Notes: generated from the letters alone by a model not told the origin. A stretch of DNA of 64,000 bases from an uncultured Planctomycetales bacterium (GCA_964612665.1 CAZTCI010000003.1:272273-336272); one strand, 5' to 3'; numbered from the stretch's first letter, positions 54,702-63,885 are shown. Program-made: numbers and translations.

Positions 54702-56567
54702 TTATCGGATAACACTTGGCAGTTTAGGACGGATTCTTTGAACGATATCGTGGCGTCCCTGTTTTTCATAAAGTTGAACGGCGGTCATGATGGCCCGACG
54801 GGATTCGTCAAATCGGCCTTGTTCATAAAGCGCATTAGCTAGATTATAAAAGACATCGGGATTAAGACCGTTGACTTTAATCGCCAGACGGTATTGTTCA
54901 ATGGCCTTGGGATAATCGCGGAAATAAAAAAAGATATTACCACGGTTATGATATGCCTCAAAAAAATCCGGCCACACGGCAATGGCTTGGTTATATTGGT
55001 CAAGCGCGTCATAAAATTTCCCAGCCTTAAAAAATAAATTCCCCAAATTATAATGCCCGAGCCCATTATCGGGGTCGAGCCGCAGGGCGGTACGATACGC
55101 GCGTTCAGCGTCAGCAAAATCATTTTGAGTTTGGAAAAGATAACCTAAAGCAAAATGCGCCGCAGCCAAATCCGGTTCGCGCTTAATGGTCTCCCGGAAG
55201 AAATAAGCGGCTTCTTGCGGCCGGTTTAATTTTTGATAGACCATCGCGATGCCCAGATAACTTTCAGGAAATAAAGGGTACTTGTTTAAAAGCTCTTCCC
55301 AAATTTCCTTCGCTGCTGCCAAATTATTTTCATTATAGAAGGCAAAGGCTTTTTGGTTTAAAGCTGGGAAATAAATGGATTTCTCAGGCATGCTAAGCGC
55401 CAGATCAAATTCTCGACGGGCCTGCGCCCATTTGTTCGCTTTTAAATAAAAATTCCCTAATTCAAAATGATACCAAACGGGATCCTGCCCATACTTCCTG
55501 TCATGATCTAATGCAGTTAAAGGATTGGCCAGTAAAAAACTTTCTTGAATGCTACTTAAGGCCAACACACCGATAATCACAAACCCCATGACAGATAAAA
55601 TTCTTAACTGCCGGTTAAAGACTTTTACCAAAACGCCAAGTAGTATCAAAATTAAAACAGATGATCCTAAATAAAACCCTCTTTCTTGAATAAAACCCGA
55701 TAAATCAAAGACCTGGACAGGGAAAAATACAAAACCTTTAGTGTGCTGCAGATACCGACGGTATTCCCAAGCCGCCGTCCACGTTATTTTAGGGTGGATG
55801 ATTAACCACACAGCAATCAAGGCTAAACTCAAAAAACAAATCACTGTGCCAAACATAATTCTCTTTCGCGTCGGCTTGTCCCCAGATATAAAAAATAGTT
55901 CGAGCAGCATTATGATCAATGGTAAGAAAACAACATAAGGATGGCTCAAGATATTCAAAAATAAAATTCCTACAGCCAGCCACAAAAAAATGGATGATCG
56001 CTCAACGCGCCTGGTTATCTTTTTATCCAAGAAATAAAGATAGAGAGTTAATAAACAAAACATGCTTCCCACTAAAACAGCTCGCTGGGACAAATGATTA
56101 ACGACATTCAACTGATAAGGATGGATTAAAAAAATTAAGGAAGAAATGTTCGCCAGTTTCCAGGCGGAAGGCATCGAACTGGATACAAAGGCGAGCTCAA
56201 TAAAAACCAGCGTCAAACGGTAGATCAGAAAAGCATTAATAAGGTGAAGAAAGAAATTGGTGAAGTACCATCCTTCTGGTTTTAAACCGAAAGTTAAATA
56301 ATTGATAACGAGCGTGAGATTGGGAATAAACCGCGCGGGATCAAATTCCCAAAGACCGCGCGGGTCTAATTGCTTTAGGTGGGGATTCTTTTCAACGAAA
56401 TGAATGTCATCATATTGAAAAGTGTGCGGCCAAGCGTTACAGAAAATAAGGCCGCCAAATATAAAAATAAAAATTATAACCGTTACATCACGGCCATAAA
56501 GACGCCAATAATTTCTTTTAGCTTGGGCTAACAAGTTAACAAGGAAAGTCGTGTATTGCTTCGACAA
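54702..56567 (-). CDS. TMTC/PMT-like membrane-TPR protein paralogue.
   Basis: 621 aa. TFQYDDIHFVEKNP loop-1 motif and a TPR C-terminus. It starts at TTG. Confidence 0.6.
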   Translation of the reverse strand: MSKQYTTFLVNLLAQAKRNYWRLYGRDVTVIIFIFIFGGLIFCNAWPHTFQYDDIHFVEKNPHLKQLDPRGLWEFDPARFIPNLTLVINYLTFGLKPEGWYFTNFFLHLINAFLIYRLTLVFIELAFVSSSMPSAWKLANISSLIFLIHPYQLNVVNHLSQRAVLVGSMFCLLTLYLYFLDKKITRRVERSSIFLWLAVGILFLNILSHPYVVFLPLIIMLLELFFISGDKPTRKRIMFGTVICFLSLALIAVWLIIHPKITWTAAWEYRRYLQHTKGFVFFPVQVFDLSGFIQERGFYLGSSVLILILLGVLVKVFNRQLRILSVMGFVIIGVLALSSIQESFLLANPLTALDHDRKYGQDPVWYHFELGNFYLKANKWAQARREFDLALSMPEKSIYFPALNQKAFAFYNENNLAAAKEIWEELLNKYPLFPESYLGIAMVYQKLNRPQEAAYFFRETIKREPDLAAAHFALGYLFQTQNDFADAERAYRTALRLDPDNGLGHYNLGNLFFKAGKFYDALDQYNQAIAVWPDFFEAYHNRGNIFFYFRDYPKAIEQYRLAIKVNGLNPDVFYNLANALYEQGRFDESRRAIMTAVQLYEKQGRHDIVQRIRPKLPSVIR

Positions 56568-56570
56568 TGA

Positions 56571-56804
56571 CTACATCTTTTCAACGGCCTTCATGATAAC
56601 CGGGACCACTTCTTTGACCTCTTGCTTGGTCATACGGCCCAACTTATCAAAACGCCATTGTTCACTTTGGTCGCGGTTTTCACGGGTTATCTGCAGTTTT
56701 TTCTCTCCGCCGTTATACGAAAAAACTCCGACGGTAATTCGAGTGTCCGCAAACTCTTTTACTTCTTTGAAAATCTCACTATCCAATGACTTGTCATACG
56801 GCAT
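56571..56804 (-). CDS. Small hypothetical protein, possibly PC4/YdbC-like.
   Basis: 77 aa. Weak pattern similarity (FSYNGG...RFDKLGRMTKQE). The assignment is tentative. Confidence 0.35.
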   Translation of the reverse strand: MPYDKSLDSEIFKEVKEFADTRITVGVFSYNGGEKKLQITRENRDQSEQWRFDKLGRMTKQEVKEVVPVIMKAVEKM

Positions 56805-56877
56805 GTTTCCCTCCTTGTTTAACTAAATTCCAAACCCTAAGCATCAATCTTTTGTGCTTGAGGCTTGGAATTCATCA

Positions 56878-57171
56878 TTAAAGTCCTGGTAAATTTAGTC
56901 CCGTCATCGTCTTCATTTTCTGCGCCGCAGCGGTTTGTGATTTGCGGATCGCGGCGTTTAGGCTTTTAAGCAAATCCGCTTCCAACCTTTTTTTGTTATC
57001 CGGATTAAGCATATTCATATCGACTTCAATCGATTGAAAAGTCTGCGAACCATTGATAACAATTTTTATCCCGCGGACATCGTTAACTTCCATAACAGCC
57101 GAATCCAGCTCCCGTTTGATCTGTTCGGCTTTCTTTTTCATTTCCATGAGTTCTTTCATTTTGTCAAACAT
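56878..57171 (-). CDS. ybaB: Nucleoid-associated protein YbaB/EbfC.
   Basis: 97 aa. MFDKMKELMEMKKKAEQIKREL and a GLNLPGL C-terminus are characteristic. Confidence 0.85.
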   Translation of the reverse strand: MFDKMKELMEMKKKAEQIKRELDSAVMEVNDVRGIKIVINGSQTFQSIEVDMNMLNPDNKKRLEADLLKSLNAAIRKSQTAAAQKMKTMTGLNLPGL

Positions 57172-57227
57172 ATCTGACTCCTTTTTAGTTCGTAGTTCGC
57201 GCGCGTAGCTCGTAGTCTACGAACTGA

Positions 57228-57518
57228 TTATAGTCGGGCGGCGATATCGACCAAAGTTTGTATTAAAAATGACCTCAAAAACATAATAAGAAGAAACGCA
57301 ATAATCGGAGAAATATCTATTGGCGCCGCCGGCAAAATCCGACGGATGGGATTTAAAACAGGATCTGTGACGCGATAAAGGAATTGGACAATCGGGTTAA
57401 AAGGGTCCGGATTCACCCAGCTTATTAAAGCGCGGATTGCAATCAGCCAGTACAAAGCGGTTAAAATATAACTAATCAAACTTGCTAATGCATAAATAAA
57501 ATTACTTAAAACAAACAT
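57228..57518 (-). CDS. YggT-family membrane protein.
   Basis: 96 aa. WVNPDPFNP...TDPVLNPIRR motif. Confidence 0.7.
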   Translation of the reverse strand: MFVLSNFIYALASLISYILTALYWLIAIRALISWVNPDPFNPIVQFLYRVTDPVLNPIRRILPAAPIDISPIIAFLLIMFLRSFLIQTLVDIAARL

Positions 57519-57566
57519 TTTAGATCCTCTTTGTCTTAGTTGATGCGTAGACTACCGAACTTCCAA

Positions 57567-58667
57567 CTACGAGCTGCGAACTGTTTCAGTTTTCCCGTTC
57601 AGCAAATATGTCATGGCCTTCTCTTGTGTCAAATTAATGGCCTGGACCGGATAAGGCATCACGATGCCTTCTTTCGCGTAACGTTTATGAAGGCGTTTAA
57701 TAAATTCATGTTTAAGCGCGCCGGTAAAAGCAATTTCCTGAACACGCAAGACAACCGTACACTTAATACTAAAATCTCCGAACCCATTAAATAAAACAAC
57801 AGGCGAAAAATCTTTGACTCCGCCGCGAATATCCCTCATCACTTCGCGTGCAACCTCAAGCGTCACTCTTTCCACTTTATCCAAATCCGATTCATAATGC
57901 ACTCCGATATCAATCACCAACGCCAATTCCGGATTGGGATAATAAAAGTTAACGACCTTGGCGTTAACCAAGATTTTATTAGGAATCACGACGACATTAT
58001 TCGGCGGCATCTGAACCCACGTCGAACGCCAGCCGATTTTATAAACATATCCTTCTTCTCCGGATTCGAGCCGGATAAACTGCCCTATTTGAATGGGTTT
58101 ATCCATGAGAATTTGAATGCCGGAAAAAAAGTTTTCCAAGGTTGGTTGAATCGCAAGCGCGACAGCGAGCGAACCGATGCCCAAAGACGCGATAACCGGG
58201 GTGATGGAAATTCCAAAACTATCAAGCAAAACTAAAAGCCCTAGACAAATGACAAGCATTCTTAAAAATCCATGGAATATCCCGCCGGAAGTTTTAAGAA
58301 TCTCTATTTTCTGAGAATACAGCCCAACGAACCCGGTGATCAGGCGATCGACAAAAAGAACAATAGCGACGATGGTCGCGGCTTTAAATCCTAAAAGAAA
58401 ATAACTGGTTAAAGGAGCGTTGGCGGCTTGAGGAATAAAATGTTCGATGACGATTCCACCGCTGCTTACAATCAATATGAGTAAAGGCACATCAGCGGCG
58501 TTTAAAAAAATATCATCGTATTGAGTCTTAGTTTTGGCCGCGAGCTGGCGGACGTACACGTAGACAATTTTTTTAAAAATAAAAAGAAAACTAACCCAAG
58601 TAATATAAACGACTGGCAGGTAAATCCACGGAGAGATCGACATGTTGAGAATCGAGATGCTTTCCAT
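57567..58667 (-). CDS. Mechanosensitive ion channel (MscS family).
   Basis: 366 aa with several transmembrane helices and the conserved MscS beta domain (VVIPNKILVNAKVVNF). Confidence 0.8.
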   Translation of the reverse strand: MESISILNMSISPWIYLPVVYITWVSFLFIFKKIVYVYVRQLAAKTKTQYDDIFLNAADVPLLILIVSSGGIVIEHFIPQAANAPLTSYFLLGFKAATIVAIVLFVDRLITGFVGLYSQKIEILKTSGGIFHGFLRMLVICLGLLVLLDSFGISITPVIASLGIGSLAVALAIQPTLENFFSGIQILMDKPIQIGQFIRLESGEEGYVYKIGWRSTWVQMPPNNVVVIPNKILVNAKVVNFYYPNPELALVIDIGVHYESDLDKVERVTLEVAREVMRDIRGGVKDFSPVVLFNGFGDFSIKCTVVLRVQEIAFTGALKHEFIKRLHKRYAKEGIVMPYPVQAINLTQEKAMTYLLNGKTETVRSS

Positions 58668-58694
58668 AATGTTATTCCTTAAAGTGGTGAATTG

Positions 58695-58750
58695 TCGTTC
58701 GTAGAATTCGTATCTTTATTGGGACCTAAAAGAACGAATTCTACGAACGA
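58695..58750. repeat. Perfect 17-bp-stem hairpin of the TTCGTAG/CTACGAA repeat family.
   Basis: TCGTTCGTAGAATTCGT-(22 nt)-ACGAATTCTACGAACGA. Related copies are at 3905-3962, 57187-57225, 57541-57585 and 61355-61435. Confidence 0.8.
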
Positions 58751-58767
58751 CGAACCCCTAACGACGA

Positions 58768-59361
58768 TTAAAAAACTTTAAACAAGTTCCCTTCCATCAC
58801 TTTCTCCTCGAGCCGATCCATTAACCGGCGCGCGGGGCGGGAGAATCCTTGAAACTCCTGCATCATGCTTTCCATCATCGTATAAGTCCGGTTAAAGGTT
58901 GTGGCTGCGTCGGTAAAGACTCCATAAAGATCTTGAACATCAATCGGGTCCTGTCCTTCGACTGGAAAATTCAAATCAAGTAAAGGTCCTTTAGCATCAC
59001 TGCTAAATTCAACCAGCTTGCCGCCCAAAACACCTTCCGTTTTAATAGCGACTTGTGTCGATTTTTCGATCTGTCTTTGATACTTTTTAAAAATATTCAT
59101 GGCCACAGCCACTCCTCGGCCATTGAGTTTGTCTTCCAGAAACTCAATTTTACCGACGACCCCGACATTCACCCCGGAAAGACGAATTGGCGCTCCCACC
59201 GCCAGTCCGTCGACCCGGTGGAATAATGCGGTTACGGTAAATTTGGGTTGAGAGAATCCTTTTTCAATGCCAATGACCATGATCACAAAGCCGGTCAACC
59301 CTAATAAAAGCAGAAAAAATATACCCGCAATAAACTTTTTAAAATTATCTTTTTTATCCAT
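58768..59361 (-). CDS. mlaD: MCE-domain protein MlaD.
   Basis: An N-terminal transmembrane helix and the MCE domain (FTVTALFHRVDGLAVGAPIRLSGVNVG). Confidence 0.8.
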   Translation of the reverse strand: MDKKDNFKKFIAGIFFLLLLGLTGFVIMVIGIEKGFSQPKFTVTALFHRVDGLAVGAPIRLSGVNVGVVGKIEFLEDKLNGRGVAVAMNIFKKYQRQIEKSTQVAIKTEGVLGGKLVEFSSDAKGPLLDLNFPVEGQDPIDVQDLYGVFTDAATTFNRTYTMMESMMQEFQGFSRPARRLMDRLEEKVMEGNLFKVF

Positions 59362-59397
59362 AGCGGCTAATCCTTCTTATCTGTGCAAAAAATTTAT

Positions 59398-60120
59398 TTA
59401 GGCCAGCTTCAAAAATTCTTGAACAAAAGGATCAGACATACGTTTCAATTCCGGCGCTTTCCCGACGGCAATCAATTTCCCCTGATTAATGAGCGCCAGG
59501 CGGTCGGCAATTTTTAAAGAATTCGGAATATCATGAGACGTCACAACCGCGGTGCAATTAAGTTTCCGCGCAATTCCTTCCAGCAGCGATGATATTTCCC
59601 GGCTTAAAATTGGATCCAAACCAGAGGTTGGTTCATCACAAAAAAGTATTTTAGAATCCAAAATCACCGAACGCGCCAAGGCTGCTCGTTTGCGCATTCC
59701 GCCGCTTAATTCTGCCGGATATTTTTGATCAGCGCCTTTTAAATCAACCATCTCAAGCAATGCGAAAACTTTCTTTTCAATTTGTTTATTCTTTAACCGA
59801 GTATGTTCTCTTAAAGGAAAAGCGACATTTTCAAACACGGTCATGAAATCATAAAGCGCTCCATCTTGAAAAAGATATCCCATGTCTTTACGCAATTTGA
59901 GCAATTGTTTTTCAGAAAGCTCGGTAATATCTTGTCCATTAATCCGGATCGATCCTTCCGTCGGTCTCATAAGCCCGATCAGATGCTGCAACAAAACACT
60001 TTTTCCGGCACCGCTGCCGCCGAGAATGACAAGAATCTCCCCGTCGGTAATTGTCAAATTGATGTCAGTAAGAATCGCTTGGTCATTGATCTTTTTTGAT
60101 ACATGGGAAATTTCAATCAT
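59398..60120 (-). CDS. mlaF: ABC ATPase MlaF.
   Basis: Walker A GGSGAGKS, signature LSGGMRKRAALA, Walker B LFCDEPTSGLD. Confidence 0.85.
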   Translation of the reverse strand: MIEISHVSKKINDQAILTDINLTITDGEILVILGGSGAGKSVLLQHLIGLMRPTEGSIRINGQDITELSEKQLLKLRKDMGYLFQDGALYDFMTVFENVAFPLREHTRLKNKQIEKKVFALLEMVDLKGADQKYPAELSGGMRKRAALARSVILDSKILFCDEPTSGLDPILSREISSLLEGIARKLNCTAVVTSHDIPNSLKIADRLALINQGKLIAVGKAPELKRMSDPFVQEFLKLA

Positions 60121-60452
60121 TTGGCTTCAAAATAACGGTATTTATTCCGTGCAAATTTGGTATACAAACGATTGTAGGGTTTGACATCTTTTTTGTCGAT
60201 AAAAAATTCAACACCTTTATACTCACCTAACAAATAAACTTCTGCGTCCATTAAATTTTCAGTGTCATCCTGCGGATACCATAATTTACCGTCGTATTCA
60301 ATCGGTTCTCCGTTTCTAATCCAATTGGCTTCAACATCTGCAACGGGATAAAGGTCCATTTGGCCTTCGTTGTTCATTGTGCTGTGACAGCCGGTTATAA
60401 ATAAAATAAACGGGATCGTTATAATGAGCAGTGGTCTTGTCGCTATCTTCAC
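60117..60452 (-). CDS. Lipoprotein (hypothetical) embedded in the mla operon.
   Basis: 111 aa. Lipobox ITGC. Its stop overlaps the mlaF start by 4 bp. Confidence 0.5.
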   Translation of the reverse strand: MKIATRPLLIITIPFILFITGCHSTMNNEGQMDLYPVADVEANWIRNGEPIEYDGKLWYPQDDTENLMDAEVYLLGEYKGVEFFIDKKDVKPYNRLYTKFARNKYRYFEAK

Positions 60453-60479
60453 GTGGTCCTCCTTTTGTCGCGGCTTTCA

Positions 60480-60570
60480 AACCCCGGGGCACAAGTGCAT
60501 CAGGCACAAGAGCACAAATTTTTACTTGTGGCGTGTGCGCTGGTGCGCCTGTACCTTGATAAGACTTACT
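60480..60570. repeat. GGCACAAGTGCA-type repeat, copy 2.
   Basis: GGGGCACAAGTGCATCAGGCACAAGAGCACAA...GCTGGTGCGCCTGTACC. Confidence 0.7.
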
Positions 60571-60571
60571 T

Positions 60572-61339
60572 TTACCAAAACGTCAAAATCAATTTAGTCA
60601 AAACAACATTAAAGAGAATAACAAAGATGTAAGAAAACGCAACCGCCCGGGTTGTATATTTTCCTACGCCGAGCGACCCGCCCTCGGCGGAAAAACCTTG
60701 ATAACAACAAACCCAACCGATTAATCCGCCAAAAAAAACCGACTTAACTAATCCACTGAAGAAATCATTGTATCCAACCGCGCGCAAGGTCTGCGTAATA
60801 TAAAAAGAACCCGGAATCCCTGCCTGATACACACCAATGCAATAGCCGCCGAAAATCCCAACAATTTCAGAAACCACAACCAAAAGCGGCATCACTAAAA
60901 AACACGCGACTATGCGGGGCACAACTAAAAACTCAATCGGATCAACACCCATCGTTCGCGTCGCCACAATTTGATTATTGACGTTCATTGAGCCCAGCTC
61001 AGCGGCGATCCGCGCGCCGGCTTTTCCAGAAAAAATAAAAGAACTAAAAACCGGCGATAACTCGCGGACCAAAGACAGCGCGACCAAATGCGCGACATAT
61101 TCTTTGGCGCCGAAACGCGTGAGCATCACATGCCCTTGCATCGCCAAAACCGCGCCTGAGGCAAACGACGTCAACGCAATAATAATAACCGACTGCACAC
61201 CTTGTTCATAAATCTGTTTTAAAACCTCGCCGACCCGGATTTTTCCGCGTAAAACATTGCCGATCACGTCAAATAAAAAAAATAACGCGTTGCCAGTTCC
61301 CAAGATCAGATCGCGTAGATATTTGAATAATGATTCCAT
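60572..61339 (-). CDS. mlaE: ABC permease MlaE.
   Basis: 255 aa. The typical MlaE topology and motifs (GAVLAMQG...RELSPV) are present. Confidence 0.85.
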   Translation of the reverse strand: MESLFKYLRDLILGTGNALFFLFDVIGNVLRGKIRVGEVLKQIYEQGVQSVIIIALTSFASGAVLAMQGHVMLTRFGAKEYVAHLVALSLVRELSPVFSSFIFSGKAGARIAAELGSMNVNNQIVATRTMGVDPIEFLVVPRIVACFLVMPLLVVVSEIVGIFGGYCIGVYQAGIPGSFYITQTLRAVGYNDFFSGLVKSVFFGGLIGWVCCYQGFSAEGGSLGVGKYTTRAVAFSYIFVILFNVVLTKLILTFW

Positions 61340-61431
61340 AAGATATTAAATTACTGCTGGCCGTTCGTCGTTCGTTAATTCGAAGCATTCGTCTTTTTAA
61401 AAAACGAATGCCTCGAACGACGCACCACGAA

Positions 61432-61926
61432 CTAACGATCTTTAAGCCAAATTCTCTCAAACTCCGTCGTGATTTTAGCTTTAAGTGTTTCGGAAATACT
61501 TTTCCCCTCAACGCTGCCGGATTTAGCCGGCCGGCCCGGACGACGGGATGAATTTTTAATCTTGCCTAAAAATTCATCCACACTTAAAACCTTGGCGCCT
61601 TGAGCGCGGACAAAATATTTAATATCGCGGTCATCAGTGACCACAACAATACTTCTTTTAGCCTGAGATCCGGCCACATACCGCTTGATGTAATCATCCG
61701 CGGACTCACTCAGTGTAAAAACAACTTTAACCGACGCCTCCGACCAATTCCAAATCCCCGGTTGCCCGTCGAAAACAACAGTAACTTCATTATTAGAACT
61801 TCCCTGCGGCTGATGAATTTCGATCAAACGAATCAAGATCAACCGCGCTTCATTAAACTCCTTTTGAACTAAATCCGGCAGACGGTGCATGATGTTGTAG
61901 CCGTCGAGAAGATATTTGAGAGACAT
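61432..61926 (-). CDS. YacP/Rae1-like NYN-domain protein.
   Basis: The LLDGYNIMH motif is present. The ORF-track start is GTG, so I used the ATG for MSLKYLL. Confidence 0.6.
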   Translation of the reverse strand: MSLKYLLDGYNIMHRLPDLVQKEFNEARLILIRLIEIHQPQGSSNNEVTVVFDGQPGIWNWSEASVKVVFTLSESADDYIKRYVAGSQAKRSIVVVTDDRDIKYFVRAQGAKVLSVDEFLGKIKNSSRRPGRPAKSGSVEGKSISETLKAKITTEFERIWLKDR

Positions 61927-62851
61927 AAATAATTCCACCCACCAACCCGATTAAAACCATAAAAAAGAAATTAATTAAAGTAATACTGACCGCAATTCCA
62001 GCTGAAACGCCGATTTTGGCGAACAAATGCGCTGCTCCGTAGTCCCGGACACCTAACCCGCCAATCGACGGCAAAGATGACACCACACAAATAATCGGCA
62101 CAAAGATGAGAAAATAAATAAAATTAATATCTTGATGGATCGCTTTGGCAACGAGATAAAAAGTCCATGAGAGAATCACTTGTGAAAAGCATGACCAGGC
62201 GAGCGCCAGCGCCACTTTACGTTTCCGGTCTTTTAAAAGAACCACATCGTAATGAAGATTCATCAAAGCGGTTTTGATTTTTGGAAACCGGTTGAACAAC
62301 CGGCAACCGAAAGAAAAAATCTTTTCATTAAATAAGATTAAACACAATCCGCCGGCCATTAACGCAAACAAAAAACTTGCTAAAAAAAATTTGGTATCAT
62401 TTAAAAGATTTCTTCCAATAAAAAATGAAATAAATTCCATCATGACAATCGCCACAAATCCCACCAAACGGTCAAGAACAACTGACGCGACGACCTTGGC
62501 TTTGTAAGGCGTAAATTTACATAGGCCGATGATCTTAACAACATCTCCGCCCGTCGAGCTTGGCAAAAATAAATTAAAGAACAAGCCAATAAAATAATTC
62601 GTCCAAATGGCATGCATCGGCAATTCGAGACGCAAAGCTCTAATCAAAATGATCCAACGGTACAAAAGAATAAGGTTTAATACGATAAAAATCCCGCCGG
62701 CCCAGTACAAAGATTCGAAATCAACCGTCTTAAGAAGAGTTAGAATCGAATGTGTATCCGTTTTGGAAAAAAGATAAACTAAAAGCGCAAAGCTTAAACC
62801 AACACGCAACAGGAGTGATAAGAACTTTTTAGTTTTTTCAGATAAAAACAT
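61853..62851 (-). CDS. Flippase-like domain membrane protein (lysylphosphatidylglycerol synthase transmembrane-region family).
   Basis: At least 8 transmembrane helices and the PSSTGGDVVK motif. The ORF-track TTG start at 62869 overlaps an AT-rich repeat, so I used the ATG for MFLSEKT. Confidence 0.55.
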   Translation of the reverse strand: MFLSEKTKKFLSLLLRVGLSFALLVYLFSKTDTHSILTLLKTVDFESLYWAGGIFIVLNLILLYRWIILIRALRLELPMHAIWTNYFIGLFFNLFLPSSTGGDVVKIIGLCKFTPYKAKVVASVVLDRLVGFVAIVMMEFISFFIGRNLLNDTKFFLASFLFALMAGGLCLILFNEKIFSFGCRLFNRFPKIKTALMNLHYDVVLLKDRKRKVALALAWSCFSQVILSWTFYLVAKAIHQDINFIYFLIFVPIICVVSSLPSIGGLGVRDYGAAHLFAKIGVSAGIAVSITLINFFFMVLIGLVGGIIYVSQISSRRLQHHAPSAGFSSKGV

Positions 62852-62866
62852 CTTCAATTTAATTTC

Positions 62867-62988
62867 CAAGCACCAAGCATCAAATAATTTTTAAATCCCA
62901 ATTTTTCAATGTCAAAAAGCCCAAGTTTGGATATTGTAATTTAGATACTGAAATTTATTTGTAATTTGAGATTGGAGTTTGGTCATTA
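62867..62988. repeat. AT-rich ~120-bp intergenic repeat, copy B.
   Basis: CAAGCACCAAGCATCAAATAA...TTATTTGTAATTTGAGATTGGAGTTTGGTCATTATT. Confidence 0.75.
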
Positions 62989-63885
62989 TTAACTCAAGCA
63001 TCCCTTATATCCTTCTTCCGCAATATAAGAACTGCGCACCAAAGGCCCGCTCATCACGTGCTTGAATCCCATGTCCATCCCGATCCGCCGGTAATTCTCA
63101 AATTCCTCGGGCGTCACAAAACGTTCGACCGGAACATGGCGCTTCATCTCCGTCGGCGCCAAATACTGGCCGATCGTTAAAATTTGGCAGCCGGTTGTCA
63201 AAAGATCTTCCATTAATTGAATAATTTCTTCGTGCGATTCCCCTAAGCCCACCATAAAACTCGATTTGACAAAAATCGACGGGTTTAAACGTTTGATGAT
63301 TCGCAAAACTTTTAAAGACCTTTCATAGATCGCTTGTGGACGGACTTTTTGGGAAAGGCGTTTGACAGTTTCGATATTGTGACTAATAACTTCAGGTAAC
63401 GCGTTTGTGACTTTTCGGAGAAAGATTTCATTGGCGGAAAAATCAGGGATGAGAACTTCAATTTTAAGCTGAGGATTTATTTTTTTAACTTCAATAATGG
63501 TGCGGGCAAAATGGTCGGCGCCTTCATCCGGCAAATCATCGCGCGCGACGGATGTTATAACAATATAATTGAGATTCATTTTTTGAATCATTCCGGCGAG
63601 CTTTTCGGGTTCATGCGGATCAACTTCAAGCGGCCGCCCGGCGGCGACCGCGCAAAACCGGCACGCGCGCGTGCAGACATCGCCTAAAATCATAAATGTC
63701 GCGACACCCTTTGACCAGCACTCACCCATGTTAGGGCAACGGGCGCTTTCGCAAACGGTGTGCAAACCCAATTCCCGGAACATCGCTTTCATCGGATCAA
63801 TTTTTTCCCTATCCAGAATGGGTTGGCGGAACCAATTGGGTAAACGTTTTAATTTAATTTGTTCTGGAGAGGAAGTGTTTAACAT
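62989..63885 (-). CDS. lipA: Lipoyl synthase.
   Basis: Two Cys clusters, CESARCPNMGEC and CTRACRFC (radical SAM), at a typical LipA length. Confidence 0.9.
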   Translation of the reverse strand: MLNTSSPEQIKLKRLPNWFRQPILDREKIDPMKAMFRELGLHTVCESARCPNMGECWSKGVATFMILGDVCTRACRFCAVAAGRPLEVDPHEPEKLAGMIQKMNLNYIVITSVARDDLPDEGADHFARTIIEVKKINPQLKIEVLIPDFSANEIFLRKVTNALPEVISHNIETVKRLSQKVRPQAIYERSLKVLRIIKRLNPSIFVKSSFMVGLGESHEEIIQLMEDLLTTGCQILTIGQYLAPTEMKRHVPVERFVTPEEFENYRRIGMDMGFKHVMSGPLVRSSYIAEEGYKGCLS

